The notes under the pieces are model-generated. The model saw only the letters and a list, made by a program, of their open reading frames with translations. It ran no database searches and was not told the DNA's origin. Positions 23,341 to 36,430 of a stretch of DNA of 64,000 nucleotides are shown here, piece by piece. Position 1 is the stretch's first letter. Every line of letters begins with the position of its first letter. Source of the stretch: Squalus acanthias (Eukaryota); assembly GCA_030390025.1 (NCBI GenBank), contig CM059436.1, positions 79,176,001 to 79,240,000 of the forward strand. The letters run 5' to 3'. A program made the position numbers and the translations under genes.

Positions 23341-24714
23341 GGGACTGTTGGGTGTTACTGGATGGATGAGCTAAGTTGGATCAATGACATTCCTCATCTC
23401 TATCCAACTTGTGAAGCATGTTCAGACCAATATTTGAAAATCCACAATGCTGGCCTGTACAGGAGAGCTTAATGGCTGCTGGTGGATGATAAGATGCCTG
23501 CCATTGGTAGTAATGCTATAAATAAACCTTTCAGAAAAGTAATATAATTTTGTACAGCCCTGATAACACCATTGTTGAGACCCAAGCTGACTTGATAGCA
23601 TCAAAATCCAATGTAAATGAACTCACAGATTCCACTTCTCCCATTTATGCCTTGAAATTTGTTTCTTATTATATTAGTGTATGAATATTTAACGCATTCA
23701 TGTGAAATTCCTTTCTCCACTATTTTAGAGGCAGCTGTTTAAAATAAATGGATTAACATTAAATGGATTAATGCCCCTCCATTAAAAGAGCAGACATAGG
23801 AATTTCAAATTTGTTCAGAATTGGTATCCTAATATTTGAAGAACTTATTTTTAGGCATTAATCTCCCGGGGGAACGTTCTACATAAATACCCTTGGATTC
23901 CCTAAACAAATTGAGCAAAACTGCAGAATATGCATCCATCTCCACTTCTGCATCATTCCAAGCTGGCCTGCCTCCCTCCAGAAAGAAACAATCCACTCTC
24001 CTACAGCCAAAGCAACACAAGAACTATTATGTCATAAAGAGTATTTGCTTATCTCAGTCCATAATATTTTCCCATTTCAGGCACACAATGCCAGCACCAA
24101 TTGCTCTCAGGTCAGCTATAGATAGCAGTTAGATGGAAAGTAAAGCACTAATGATCTGACAAAAAAGTACCTCAGACCCAAACTCAAAAGAACACCCCCT
24201 AATGCACCAGTGTAACATTTTTACATTCATGTCAACTGCTCTGTGAGCTTATTATGTGAGACAGCCAATTTAGTGTAAATTAATGCTGAATTAAGGGCAG
24301 TTTTGTGCTGTATTGGGGTTCATATCCCTCGTGGCTGGATTGAGACTGCTCAATCTCATGTTGCACAGCACCCTTAAGGTAAAAGACAGGAGAATTTAAT
24401 CGTATTCTTGTGGGTGTGATTCACACTCACGTCCCAGAGTTTAAAAAAAAAGCATTATAAGAAATCTCCAGTCCTGGCCTCTTTACACTGTTTAATCTCT
24501 TAACCCGAGTAAAAGGATATTTTACTCTCATCGCAATCTTGGGCAGAGATTCTGAGCTGATCACAGGTGCAAACATGTTAATTAAAAAATATATATATCT
24601 TCAAAAGTTCAAAAAGACACACCCTGTACATATTTTGAGGTATAATACTGTACCAAGTTGATTTTGAAGTTTCTGAATGATTGTCTCTGAATAAGAAAGA
24701 AACAGAAAGACTTG

Positions 24715-25224
24715 GGGGGCAAAATTCGGTTGCTTTGCACCTCCCGTTAGCACCCTAAGAGGGCGCTAATGGGGCGCAAATCAACTAGTGCCTGGGTGTG
24801 GCGCCGCTAACGCCTCCTGCGAAATTCATTTTTGTTGCTGGCCGCCTGCCAGCACCTGCCCCCGTTGCTGTCCCCAGCCCCCATGAATCCCCCCGCGGGG
24901 TGCCAGCTGCTCTCCGTGAGCCCGGCACTCCTCTTGAGTGCCGGGCTCGTTTGCCGGCACTCCCGATCCCTGGTGGCCCAGCTGGGCACTGGGATGCGCT
25001 GCGCCAGACCCCTCCCCTTTAATAAGGGGAGGAAGGCCTGCAGTACCGCGGCGCGACGTGAGCGCCGCGATATTGGCTCGCAGCGCCCCAAGAGGGACGC
25101 GGGGCGCTTCCAGTAGCGCCCCTCCTCCCTCTCGGGGTGCTACCTGGTAAAATCGGCCGCGGAGGCGCTAACTTTTTCGGGGCCCTAAAATTAACCAAAG
25201 GAGGTGCTACCCAATTTTTACCCC
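24715..25224. mobile_element. Non-autonomous Harbinger MITE, family B
   Basis: TIRs GGGGGCAAAATT...AATTTTTACCCC, TSD TTG/TTG. Confidence 0.88.
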
Positions 25225-25376
25225 TTGCAATTCTATAGGGCTTCTCATAACCTCAAAGCGCTTTGCAGCCAATGAAGTATTTTTTTAAAGTGTAGTCACT
25301 GTTACAATGTAGGAAACGCGGCAGCCAATTTGCACACAAGCTCCCACAAATAGCAATGTGATAAAGACCAGATAAT

Positions 25377-26143
25377 GGGCCAAAAATTCGGCACTTGCCG
25401 GGTGAGTACGCGCTGTGTACTCACTCGTAAGGCCTCCTGAAGTGCCGGTTTCCTGCATGCACTGCGCATGCGCGGGTAACCGGAACTTCCGGTCTCGTGA
25501 AGGGAGGGGTTGAGAGGTGAACTGCGTACGCGGGAGAGGCAGCGCGCACGCAGCGAACTTAGGTTTTTTTTCAGGTTTCTCCGGGAAGGTAAGTATGGAA
25601 GAAGCTGCGCTTTTAAAAAGGAGGCACAAGACCCGTTTTTAACAAGGTAAGTGGTTAATTAATTACAATTTAAACATTTTTTCAACAGGTTTATCTTTTT
25701 TAGATACTTTAAAGAAAGGTAAGTTTATTTTTAGCACTGTTAAAAAGTATTTTAATTTTTTCAAAAATTTAAATTTTTGTTTAAAGTAGTTAATTTATTT
25801 AACTTATAGTTATCTTAAAAATGTGATGGTTTTTTATAAAATTTATTTGAAGTTTAGGTGTTGTTTTGGGGTCGATATCAATTCATAGATTTGACAGGTC
25901 TTCCTGTCAAATCTATGAATGAAAGATGGTCTGCTGCCATTGGCTCTCCATGGCCCACGTGATCCCAGGGGACGCATCGCACTAACTACGCCCCTGAGAT
26001 ACACAAGCACTGTGCGCCCGGCAGCTGGAGGAGGCCCAGGAGCTAAAGTCCCCGTGGGCCCAGAGGTCAACAGCAGGCACGGTAGGTAGGTGCGCGCGGG
26101 ATCCTTGCACCCGCGGGAAGCCAGGGTGCCTAATTTCTGGGCC
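25377..26143. mobile_element. Harbinger-like non-autonomous element, family C (copy 2)
   Basis: TIRs GGGCCAAAAATT...AATTTCTGGGCC, near-TSD AAT/ATT; the SINE sequence resumes after it. Confidence 0.85.
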
Positions 26144-26584
26144 ATTCTGTTTTAGTGATGTTGATTGAGGGATAAATATTGGCCAGGACACCGAAGATAA
26201 CTCCCCTGCTCTTCTTTGAAAAGTAGTGTCATCGGATCTTTTATGTTCACCTGAGAGGGCAGACAGGGCCTCTGTTTAACGTCGCATCCGAAAGATGGCA
26301 TCTCCGACAGTGCAGCACTCCCTCAGTATTGCACTGGAGTGTCAACCAAGGTTTTTTGCTCAAATCCCTGGAGTGGGACTTGAACCCACAACCTTCTGAC
26401 TCAGAGGCGAGGGTGCTATCAATAAATACAGAAAAGAAGGAACTTCCCAAGGATTTTCTTAAAACCAAAAGTACAACTGAACTTCCCATTTATCTGGTAA
26501 ACTCCAAAGAACTGTAAGATGGTTCATTTTGTAAGGTCTCCATTGCTGTAACTCTTTACCCTTACAATCCTCCCACAGATTCAT

Positions 26585-26823
26585 GCTTCACCATTGGCAG
26601 CTGTGTCTTTAGCTGCCGAGGCCCTAAGCTCTGGAATTCCCTCCCTAAACCTCTATCTCTCTTTCCTCCTTTAAGACACTCCTTCAAACCTATCTCACCT
26701 GGCCTAATATCTCCTTATGTGGCTCGGTGTCAAATTTTGTTTGATAACGCTCCTGTGAAGTGCCTTGGGACGTTTTACTATGTTAAAGGCGCTATATAAA
26801 TGCAAGTTGTTGTTGTTGTTGTT
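26585..26823 (+). mobile_element. L2 LINE 3' tail
   Basis: CCCTAAGCTCTGGAATTCCCTCCCTAAACC...TTAAAGGCGCTATATAAATGCAAG(TTG)n. Confidence 0.88.
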
Positions 26824-27051
26824 ACAATTCATCTATGGCTCCTCGACTGTTACCTCCAGGTTGCAACGTCACTTGCTTGTCTCTCCTGGAGACACCTCAC
26901 TCAAGCTTTCTAATCCCAGGTGAGGAGAGGTAGTATTTTTTCAAACATCGCTGTTCTCTCTGTTTAAGTGCACATAGCAGTATTTGAAGAAGTGTTGATG
27001 TATAATAAATCCAGAGCTGGGACTGGGCCTAAATCATTAATACTGACAAAA

Positions 27052-27524
27052 TGGGGTAGATTTTCAGCTTGCTGCCCAGGTGTACAACTGGTGCTGCGGA
27101 TCAGCTGCCTGATATTCATTTCCGCTGATTTCAATGGAACTGAAGAAGAGATCGTTTCTGTAACAACAACCCATCCGCAATCACAGTGTTATGCCGGGCA
27201 ACAAGTTAATAATCTAACCAAGATTTTTACAGTGACTAAACATACTTTGCTGGTACTTAGATCAATTGAGTGATTTTGATTGTTATCAAAGTATTGCAAA
27301 ACTGCAGTTGTTCTAGTTTTATTTGTGTTAGCGTCAAATACTTCTGCACATTTAAACAGACTGGGTCATTTTAACCTAACTTGGCATGGTGGGAAACCCA
27401 TGGGACCGGGTGGAATCCTGGTTTTACGGACTTCAATGGACAGTACAATCAGGCAGGGGGGTAACACCAGCGTTGCTCCCGATCCCGCAGTTTCCCGATG
27501 GGCGGGTTAGGTTAAAATTGCCCC
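27052..27524. mobile_element. Two short palindromic MITEs (~27052-27219 and ~27361-27524)
   Basis: GGGGTAGATTTTCAGCTTGCTGCCC...GGGCAACAAGTTAATAATCTAACC and GGGTCATTTTAACCTAAC...GTTAGGTTAAAATTGCCCC. Confidence 0.55.
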
Positions 27525-28454
27525 TTTGTGACCAAGTATCACGTTGGAGTTTTTAACATGACCATGTTTGAGTTTTTAACATGACCATGTTTGTCAACCC
27601 TTACATAAATACCTGTGACAGATCCAAGGGCCTGTCTTAGTCCAGTTCATGAGTCTCCTATTTTTGTACCAATGCGTAGCTATGCCATTATTATTGCAAC
27701 AACTTTAAAATGGCTTCTGTGCCTTCATTCTTGGAGACCTTTTTTGCTATCTTTGCTTCTCTGTATTAGGTGAATGTGCAGAATTCACAGCCCCAGCTGG
27801 TATGGAAATTGTCTGCTTCAAAGGAAGATATCTCACTTCTGCCTATATTAAAGTATTCATAAAATAGACCCTTACCAGACCAAAAGGTTTGAATATTTCT
27901 TTAGACATTTATGCAAGTTGGCTACTGTGAGAACAAGCTATCAGCAATGACTGGGAGAAGATGTCATTCATTAATACCTTCTTCATCTGCTTATTGAGAG
28001 AGGAGCTGAGACTTCTGTCAGTAGGTTTCTCTAATGAGAGAGAGGATCATTTGTTCTCAAGCTTCAACAAGCTGCCCGATTAGGTACGTTTGTGTGATAG
28101 TCCGAGCACCTTTGGCTTACTTGGAGACCACTTGTCCAAGGCAAGAAAGGACTCTATATGGTTCATCTCTCATGTGAAGCTTTTGATCACAGACTCATAG
28201 TCCAAAGTTACAGAAAAGAACTAAAGCTCCGATCTTCGTTCATGTGGAGGCCAGTATGCCTCAACTCACGTGGCGTACATGAGACATTGGAACCTCATTG
28301 AAACAGCAGAGGTCCAGCCCAAATGGGTCTCCGCCATTTTCTGGGTGGTTCCACCAGTCTCCTGCCACTAATTACGCTGAAGAACAAAAGACAACTGAAT
28401 CTTACATGTTAACTTGAGAAAGAAAGACCTAGCTAACTGTCTGCTGTTTATTTT

Positions 28455-28675
28455 AACTTCTAGAATCTCTACTCTGGAACTCTCTCGCCCATAAATGTGG
28501 CTGGGGGTCAATTGAAAATTTCACAACTAAGATTGATAGAGTTTTGTTAGGCAAGAGTATTAAGGGTTACAAAACCAAGGCGGGTAGATGGAGCTAAGAT
28601 ACAGATCAGCCATGTTCTAATTGAATGGTGGAACAGACTCGAGGGGCTGAATGGCCTCCTCCTGTTCCTATGTTC
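28455..28675 (+). mobile_element. CR1 3' end
   Basis: CR1 3'UTR GATCAGCCATG...GACTCGAGGGGCTGAATGGCCTCCTCCTGTTCCTATGTTC. Confidence 0.85.
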
Positions 28676-29352
28676 GTAAAACCCAAGGAAGCAAAATGAA
28701 ATTCCCTTTCTTCCATGTTAAGGGTTGTGTAACTATCATAAATTGAAATGTGGCTGGCTGTATTTACAGGGCTTCTCATTACAAAAGCACCCAGAACTGA
28801 ATAAAATATGGCAACTCCCTGAGGCACAGTATCTGCGGTGTGGGACTGTTGCCTGTTGGTGTGAGGTTACACATATGGTGCATTGTCAGGATGACATTAG
28901 AGGATTCAACTCGACTGTTGCTCAGTACATTTTTTCCCTCACCCCAGGAAAAGAAATAATACAGAATGTATGGTGTATTTGTTTTTGAGATGTTTCCCAC
29001 TCCAGACAGCAAAGGTGAAGCATTTTTGCATGCCAATACATAACATGGTGTGTAAAGAGAGTCAAAGTCCTTATAATATCATTACTCTCTGGCAATAAAA
29101 CATGTTGTACTTGGCTTTCCTTCACACCATTTTCCTCAACCTGTGCTCCTAACTCACATTCTATCTGAATCTGTGTCAATCAGCTATCTGGCTGCATCCA
29201 TCGGGAAACGTGGATTGAATATGTAATCTGTTACAGTTAAACAGAAGTTGCATTTCTATGGAACCTCATCACATTCTTAGGGTGGGCCAAAACATTTTGC
29301 AAGCAAAGAATGACCCCGTGGACAGAATATTTGAATGAGATAAATTAGGGAG

Positions 29353-29949
29353 TGTTACAGGGTCTCCTCATGTCAGGGACAATCGGCTCTAGGTTACCCG
29401 GTCAATGATTCGGCTTGGCAATCCCAATTGGGTATAACGAGGCTTTATTGTAACGTTAATCAATCATACACACAGTATTCGGGTCCGAGTCTCTGGACAG
29501 CAGCGCAGCGTGGCAGGTCTTGTTCAAATCTGCTGGGTTTTGTTCTGTTCGTGCTCTTTCAGTTATACCCCCGGCTCTTTTGTGCATGTATGCCCCTGCA
29601 CCAGCTGAAACTCATTGGCTCCACTCCATCTCGTTTCAACCAGCCATTATCTTACACAGACTACTGCCCAGAATTAGGCGTGACCTCCCTCCAATTGCCT
29701 GTCAAAGCATACAATTAATAAGTTGGTGACAGTTAACGAAGTTAAAGCCATCGAAGGTCATCTAACAGTTAACAAGGTATCATACACATCCTGACTGGCT
29801 CCACTCTGTCGAGCTGCAACCAGCCATTATCTTACACAGATCACCGAGTCCTCATTTGCCCAGAATTAGGCGTGACTGCCCTCCAATCAACTGTCAAAGC
29901 ATGCAATCAATAAGTTATTAACAGTTAACGAGGTTAAGGCCATCTAACA
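29353..29949 (-). mobile_element. Solo LTR with internally duplicated U3
   Basis: TGTTA...TAACA termini; on the minus strand a TATA-like GGGTATAA near 29565 lies upstream of AATAAA near 29445. Two diverged ~155-bp repeats (29616-29770 and 29795-29949). TSD poorly conserved. Confidence 0.65.
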
Positions 29950-30779
29950 GTGATTTAAAAGAGAGTTCATTCATTATATTTCAATGGTATAAAAATGGTC
30001 ACGTCATCATATTTCAACATACCCCAACCTGAGGGAGAAGAACCTCTTCTGAAACATCACTATTATTATTCCCTTAGTAAAACTGCCACTTCATGTCTAT
30101 CTATTTTCTTCTTTAAGCGTTTTATAACACCTCTAAGCCAACAGACTAAAATGAGCAAAACCCCCAGTACCACAATCTGAGTGACAATTAAAGATTCAGA
30201 TAATAAGCGGTACCACGGAGGCTGGCCTCCATTATACGCTGTCTCCAACCATGAGTGTTTTCCTACTTGTTGCATTTGTCTCTCAGCTGCCTCATTGTCC
30301 TGAAGCATGTATAGGTATTCTAGGCTATATCTTACAGAGAACATGGGGACATGCGATAAAAACATAGGACTGGGTTAGATTTTAGGAAGTTTATCTTTGC
30401 GCAAAGGGTCCCGGACCCTTGGAATTAGTTGCCAGTTCATGCAGTGAGTGCAAATTCACTGCAAACATTCAAAAGGGAGCTGGACAAATTCCTGAAGGAG
30501 GCTGATATTACTATGTACAAAAGGTAGCTGTAATGTTGGGTGATGTACTATGTCCTCACTGTTATCCACTGGAACTTGTTTTTTTGATAGCTTTGACATG
30601 GCTTGCAGAGGAATTTTCCTGAATTATTCTTCCATGAATTGACTTAGCTTTCTTTTAATCTAGTGTTTTGCCTCTCCCAGGAGATAACACGTTGGTGGAT
30701 AGGGTGTATTAAGAGTCATGATGCTTAGTTGACCCATTACTGTCCACCTTTTTGGTATATTTGTATAAATAATCTGTTT

Positions 30780-31035
30780 TTATGGTGTTGTTTCAGGGAG
30801 GAATATCAGCTAAGACACCAGGAGAACTACCTACTCTTCTTTAAGTTGTATCAGAGGATCTTTTACATCCACCTGATCAGGCAAACGAGGTCTCGGTTTA
30901 ATGTCGAATCCGAAAGATGGCACCTCCAAAACTTCAGCACTCCTTCAGTGCTGGACTAAAGTCTGTCATGGAACTTGAATCCAGAACCTTCTGACTCAAG
31001 AGATGAGAGTGTCACCAATTGAGCCAACCTGACAC
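30780..31035 (-). mobile_element. DeuSINE fragment
   Basis: GATCTTTTACATCCACCTGA...CGAAAGATGGCACCTCC...ACCTTCTGACTC; reverse match to the SINE at 51329. Confidence 0.75.
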
Positions 31036-31096
31036 TTAAGGAAGTATTTTGTTATGCATTTTACCATATGGACTTTATTTTCGAGAACAGGAGAGC

Positions 31097-31250
31097 ATAA
31101 GAACGTAAGAGATAGGAGCAGGAGTAGGCTATTCAGCCCTTCGAGCCTGCTCCGCCATTCAATAAGATCATGGCTGATCTTCTACCTCAACTCCACCTTC
31201 CTGCACTATCCCCATGTCCCTTGATCCCCTTAGTATCCAAAAATCTATCG
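31097..31250 (-). mobile_element. CR1 3' end
   Basis: CATAAGAACGTAAGAGATAGGAGCAGGAGTAGGC...GATCATGGCTGATC. Confidence 0.88.
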
Positions 31251-33139
31251 ATTCCGATTCCTCTTTCCACAGTTACATTCAAACGTTGAAACTAATAAAA
31301 TATCATTCAAAAGCTTCATTCCTCGATGAAGAACCAAACTCATTTTAATTTGTCACTGTTTCCAAGTGCCAATTGGAATCAGATCACCCCAGCACATTAA
31401 ATGGCACCAGCTACGGCTTCTGTAGAAAATTACAGTTCAACATGACCACTTCAACTTTTTTTTCAAGCCATCATAAATCTTTGGGACCCAATTGCACTGG
31501 CGAAACAAAATAAATCATCGTCACACTTAAATCACACTCTACCTGTGTGTGTTAGAAATAATGATAGGAACTTCATCCTTGTCCCGGTGGGGGGAAAGAC
31601 TCATGAAAAAATATTATTCACCGAAACAACAAACGTAAAAGGAGTATGATCAGACTTCAAATGCTGCTTCTTTACAAATATGTTATTGTATTTTCGCTTC
31701 TAGTTTTTGCTTTAATTGGGTCAGTTATGTAATATTTTGACTAACTTCCAACACTCATCAAGTATATGGTCAGTTTTTATTAAATGCTTCAGAAATAGCC
31801 CAGAAGATTCATTGCGCCAGTTATAGATTATTTCGTGAATGATGGAAAGTATTAAGGTTCAATGAAAACTATTATGGGAAAAAAGCTAAATGAATCATCA
31901 ATGGCTTGCTGTATTTATCACTTTGGGTGCATTTTTGTGCTCATCAAGATGAATGATGTCAGTGCTGGACGATGGAATATTTTTCTATTTCTGCATTCGG
32001 TGTCTGTATCAGACACTCCTAGATCAAATAAAGCACAGGTTAGATGCAGGGAGAAGCTAAATCTGCAGGAACTCGCCTCTTCCTCTACTTTCTCTCTAAT
32101 CTCTCATCATACACTCTCCAAGCTCATTTTGTCTGTGAGGTCCAAAGTTGAAAGTGAAATCTGGCAGTGAGCCAAACACCCCACCTTCTGCTCCTCCAGT
32201 TCTGCCAAGCCTTGAATTCCCCATCCATGGTTCTGCCAAATCTCAGGTTCCCTCTCCACAGCAAGATCAAAGGAAGTTCCTCCCTAAATCCTTCCACTTT
32301 GCCTCCTCTTCCACCCCTTAATAGCCACGCTGCTCCAACCCAGCAGACCACTGCAGTGCTGCCAAATCCCAAGACCCCTTCTCAGTTCTCCCAAATCTCA
32401 GGACTGTCCGTCCCCCCATGATGACAAACTCCAGGACTAACTCCGAGTGTTACCAAGCCTAAGATTGCCCGCATTACTACCAGTACAGTACCAGCCCCAG
32501 TGCACCTAAACCCAAGGGCAATAATAGGTACATTTTAAAAGCTTTTAGATATTAAAAAAACATATTTAATTTATTAAGACACTGTACTGTACACCAATTA
32601 AACTAGTAAATGGTTCTGTATAGTTTTTTTTTTTAATTATTTAAAATTGGGTTACTCACAGGTGGTGAACTGGACAATCTTATTAAAAATGCTTATTTTT
32701 GTGATAATCCAATTTTCAGTTGTATTAATCAAACTGCACCAGGTTACCACTCTTAAATAGAGCAAGGATTTTACAAGAAAAAAAAATGATGTTCTAAAAC
32801 GCTGCCCGATTGCGCTGGTTCATGGAAGAGTTTACATTTGTGATTATGCAAATGAGTTTAAGTGGAGACTTGAACCATCAAATCCATTCGGAAAACTAGC
32901 GCAATTTTCAGTGCAATTTGTGCCCGGATCGCCGATTGCGCCCAAAGCAGAAACTCTACCCCGAGATATCTACTTCTAACTTGATGTATATACTCAGCTT
33001 TAAAAATGGTAATTGTAGAAATCAAATACATATTGGTAAAGGAATAAAGGTCACTCATTTATGGTTTTCACAGAATAACAGAGCCATGGAATTCAATCAC
33101 CAAAGCACCAGTATAGCATTTAGTAAACATTGAACTTCA

Positions 33140-33405
33140 GCTCCGATTTTAACTCCAGGTGGATTCCCCGCTCACCCCTGAGTTAAAATCACATTCGGGT
33201 CTCAATGATGTCATCGGGCCGCAACATGCACAGGTAAAGAAGGACCCCGTTGGCTCCGGACCCGTGTCCTTGCTGCCTGCTCAGGAGAGCAGGTTAAAAT
33301 TGCAGATGTTGTGATCATGGTGGCTTTCGGACAAGTAAGAGCCAGGGCGATTTTAACTGCCCACCCATCAGGTTTCTGCTGAGCCAGTAGGGTTAAAATC
33401 GCCCC
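33140..33405. mobile_element. MITE family D with nested ATTTTAAC/GTTAAAAT hairpins
   Basis: Closely similar copy at 61915-62160; end GTTAAAATCGCCCC. Confidence 0.75.
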
Positions 33406-34313
33406 TTATCAGTAGTCCTGATGTTATGCCCGACACGGCATAAGCAACACTACTGTTATAAAAGTGTGTCTTCTGACTCATCATGAGAATGCCATGGGAG
33501 GTCTGCCAGTAAATGTTATATAGAAATAAAATTGAGTCACCTAGACCAATATACTGGAGCGTACTGCAACTCAGCTTGCAGTGCCTCATTGATCAGAGTA
33601 ACGCGAGTGTGTTTGCTGAATAATTGGAGTGTGCTGGTTTGGAGCAGCTGACAGCAGCCTTTTTTTTGCACCATCACAACAGTCATCCTTTTCATCCTCA
33701 GCAACCTTCATTCAATCAGCAAGCAGACTGCCATTTCCCCTATCTGCAGGGAAATTGTCATACGTGTTTGCAGTGACTACAACAGTTCAAAGATGCTTAT
33801 GATTTATTATCCAGCTGCTGACAGCAGCATCATCCTGAACTGCCAGCTCAAGTCGGTTATCTACCGTCCAGAACGTGCAACAACCAAAGCCTTGCCACAG
33901 GCAAAATGAAGTTAAGTAACCAATTGCACACTGCAAGGTGAAGAAGCAACATTCGTACCCATTTATGTGTCATTCTGTGACTATTACCTCAGAATACTGG
34001 CACAGAAATGGGAAGACTAAATACAGGGAAATAAGTGATCTGTTTAATTCCTGAATAAAACATAAGAACAGCTTACAATTATGTAGAAAATATCCTAAGG
34101 TGTTTCACTGAGGAATAGAGGACATTGAGCAACGGTGGAAGGGTTAGGACAGATAATGGAAAGCACAGCAAAAAAGATTGGTTTTAAGTAAGGTATTAAG
34201 GTGGAAGAGAGACCAAAGAGGAAGAGTTTAGGGAGGAAGTTGAAGAAAGTAAAACTACGACGGCTGATGGTTCTGCCGCCAATGGAGGAGGAGAAGGAAA
34301 AAGGAGATACACA

Positions 34314-35555
34314 GGGGGAAAAATTCAGTATCGCCCCGTTTGGGGCGCAATTATCGGCCGGGTGCAAAGATTAGCGCCTGGCGCTAATTATCGCCTCTGA
34401 CTGCAAACTTGACTTTTATTGCCCCTGGAGGTGATTGGAGTGCTAAATCAGGCGCTACACACCTGTCTTAAGGCGCAAAGGCCGAGGAGCGAGGCGCTAA
34501 CTCAGAGCGCTGGCAAAGCTCATGTGATGTCAGTCAGCAATGGATCACAGACACAATGGCCCGGCCAGTTCTTAAAGGGGAGGGTTGATCTTGCTTTCCA
34601 TCCACATCCTGCTCATTGCAGCCTTGAATCTCGGCCTGGAGAGACCTGCACATCAAATCTGCTGGAAAGAACAATGGAGAGGCCCAGGGAAACAGCTCAG
34701 AGTGCAGCCCCCACAGTCTCTTCTAAATCGATACAAGGAAGGGCAAATCAAAATGAAACTGCAAAGTGCTGCTCAGTACCCAAAACTCCTTCACACAGCA
34801 TTGAATCTCTCCAGAAGTCTCTCTCTCTCACTCTCAGAATGCGTGGTTCAAAAATGTCGGCAACAAAAAAAGGCAGGAAGCGGTCGCCTTTAAATAGCGC
34901 TCCCCCAGTCCCTTCCTGACTGCAAAACGCTCCCCTCAACATAAACATAACATAAACATAAAATCTAGGAGCAGGAGTAGGCCATTCGGCCCGTCGAGCC
35001 TGCTCCACCATTCAATACGATCATGGCTGATCATCCAAATCCAGTACCCTGTCCCCTGCTTTAATCCCCACAGTACACATATCCCACCCTACCCCCGTAA
35101 CCCCAAGTATTTAATTCCCCCTAACATATCCCATCCTATCCCCATAACCCCACATATTTAATCCCCCCCTAACACTAAGGGTCAATTTATCATAGCCAAA
35201 TCAACCTAACCCGCACATTTTTGGACTGTGGGAGGAAACCGGTGCACCCGGAGGAAACCCACGCAGACACGGGGAGAATGTGCAAACTCCCTGTCGTTGC
35301 TAGCGGCAGGCGGTAAGGCAGGGGGCACCACTTAATATCCGCTCCGGGGCGCTACCGGGGCATTGCGCACTCGACTGACGTCACGATCTGCCGGCGCAGG
35401 AGATCGTGGCGGTACTGTTTAGCACCGCCGCAAAATGTCTAGTTAATTTCGCGAGCGGTGCAAACATCGCCGCGCCCGGGCGCTAGTTGCTTTGCGCCCC
35501 ATTAGCGCCCTCTTAAGGCGCTAGCGGGAGGCGCAACCAACTGAATTTTTCTCCC
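34314..35555. mobile_element. Non-autonomous Harbinger family A (copy 2) with nested SINE
   Basis: TIRs GGGGGAAAAATTCAG...CTGAATTTTTCTCCC, TSD ACA/ACA; colinear with 1935-2827. Confidence 0.92.
34938..35290 (-). mobile_element. HE1-type V-SINE, 5'-truncated
   Basis: Minus strand carries the V-domain GGAGTTTGCACATTCTCCCCGTGTCTGCGTGGGTTTCCTCCGGGTGCACCGGTTTCCTCCCACAGTCC, plus a CR1-derived tail ending in (TATGTT)n. Confidence 0.88.
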
Positions 35556-35880
35556 ACAGAGTTTGAAGGACATTGCCTGGGATGTAAGTTGAATGATGTT
35601 AGGTGGGCAAGACTATGGAAGCATATGGAATTCAATGGGTTGGGGGCAGGTAGCCAATGGAGGTGGGTGAGGATGTAGGTGATGGGCAAGTGGGTCTTAG
35701 TACGGGATAAGGTGCAAGCAGTGGAATTTTTGACTTGTCAGTAGAACTTGGGAGGCTGGTGAGAAGGTCTTGGAGAGGTCAAGCCTAGAGGTAAAATCGC
35801 CTTGGGTAAATTTGACTGGTGATGGGAGTGAGGTAATTGCAGAGGTGGAAGTAAGTGGTCTTAGTGACTGATAGGATATG

Positions 35881-36430
35881 GGAGGAAAAATTGAGTCGCG
35901 CCCCCTTTGGGGCGCTAACTTCGCCGGGGCGCTACTTTTAGTGCCCTGAAAAAATTAGCACCCCTGCGGCCGAAATTGAGTGGTAGCGCCCCAAGAGGGA
36001 AGCGGGGCACTACTGGAAGCACTCCGCCTCCCTCTTGGGGCACTGCGAGGGAATATCGTGGCGCGATGTGCCGCGGTATTGCAGGCCTTCCTCCCCTTCT
36101 TAAAGGGGAGGGGCCTCGCGCTGCGCGACCCGAGGCCCAGCTGGGCCACCGGGATCGGAGCGCTGGCAAAAGAGCCCAGCACTCAAGAGGAGTGCTGGGC
36201 TCATGGAGCACAGCCGGCACTCCGCTGCGGGGGGGGGGGGGGGGTGCCCAGGAGGCCAGAGACGCCAGCGGAGGCAGGTGCTGGCAGGCGGCCAGCAACA
36301 AAAATGGCTGCCTGGCTGAATTTCGTGGGAGGCGTTGGCGGTGCCACGCCCGGGCGCTAGTTGTTTTGCGCCCCGTTAGCACCCTCTTAGGGCGCTAACG
36401 GGAGGTGCAAAGCAACCAAATTTTTCCCCC
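35881..36430. mobile_element. Non-autonomous Harbinger MITE, family B (reverse orientation)
   Basis: TIRs GGAGGAAAAATT...AATTTTTCCCCC, TSD ATG/ATG. Confidence 0.9.

Larger units (their letters stand above)
24697..26420 (-). mobile_element. DeuSINE (SacSINE1-like), split by two DNA-transposon insertions
   Basis: Pieces 24697-24714, 25225-25376 and 26144-26420 join into the reverse complement of the SINE at 51329-51796. Confidence 0.85.
34065..35880 (-). mobile_element. Old L2 fragment hosting Harbinger insertions
   Basis: Degenerate L2 text at 34065-34313 and 35559-35880, continuing briefly after 36433. Confidence 0.6.

Noticed and set aside
27547..27592. 23-bp perfect tandem duplication
   Set aside because: Ordinary local slippage duplication with no further structure.
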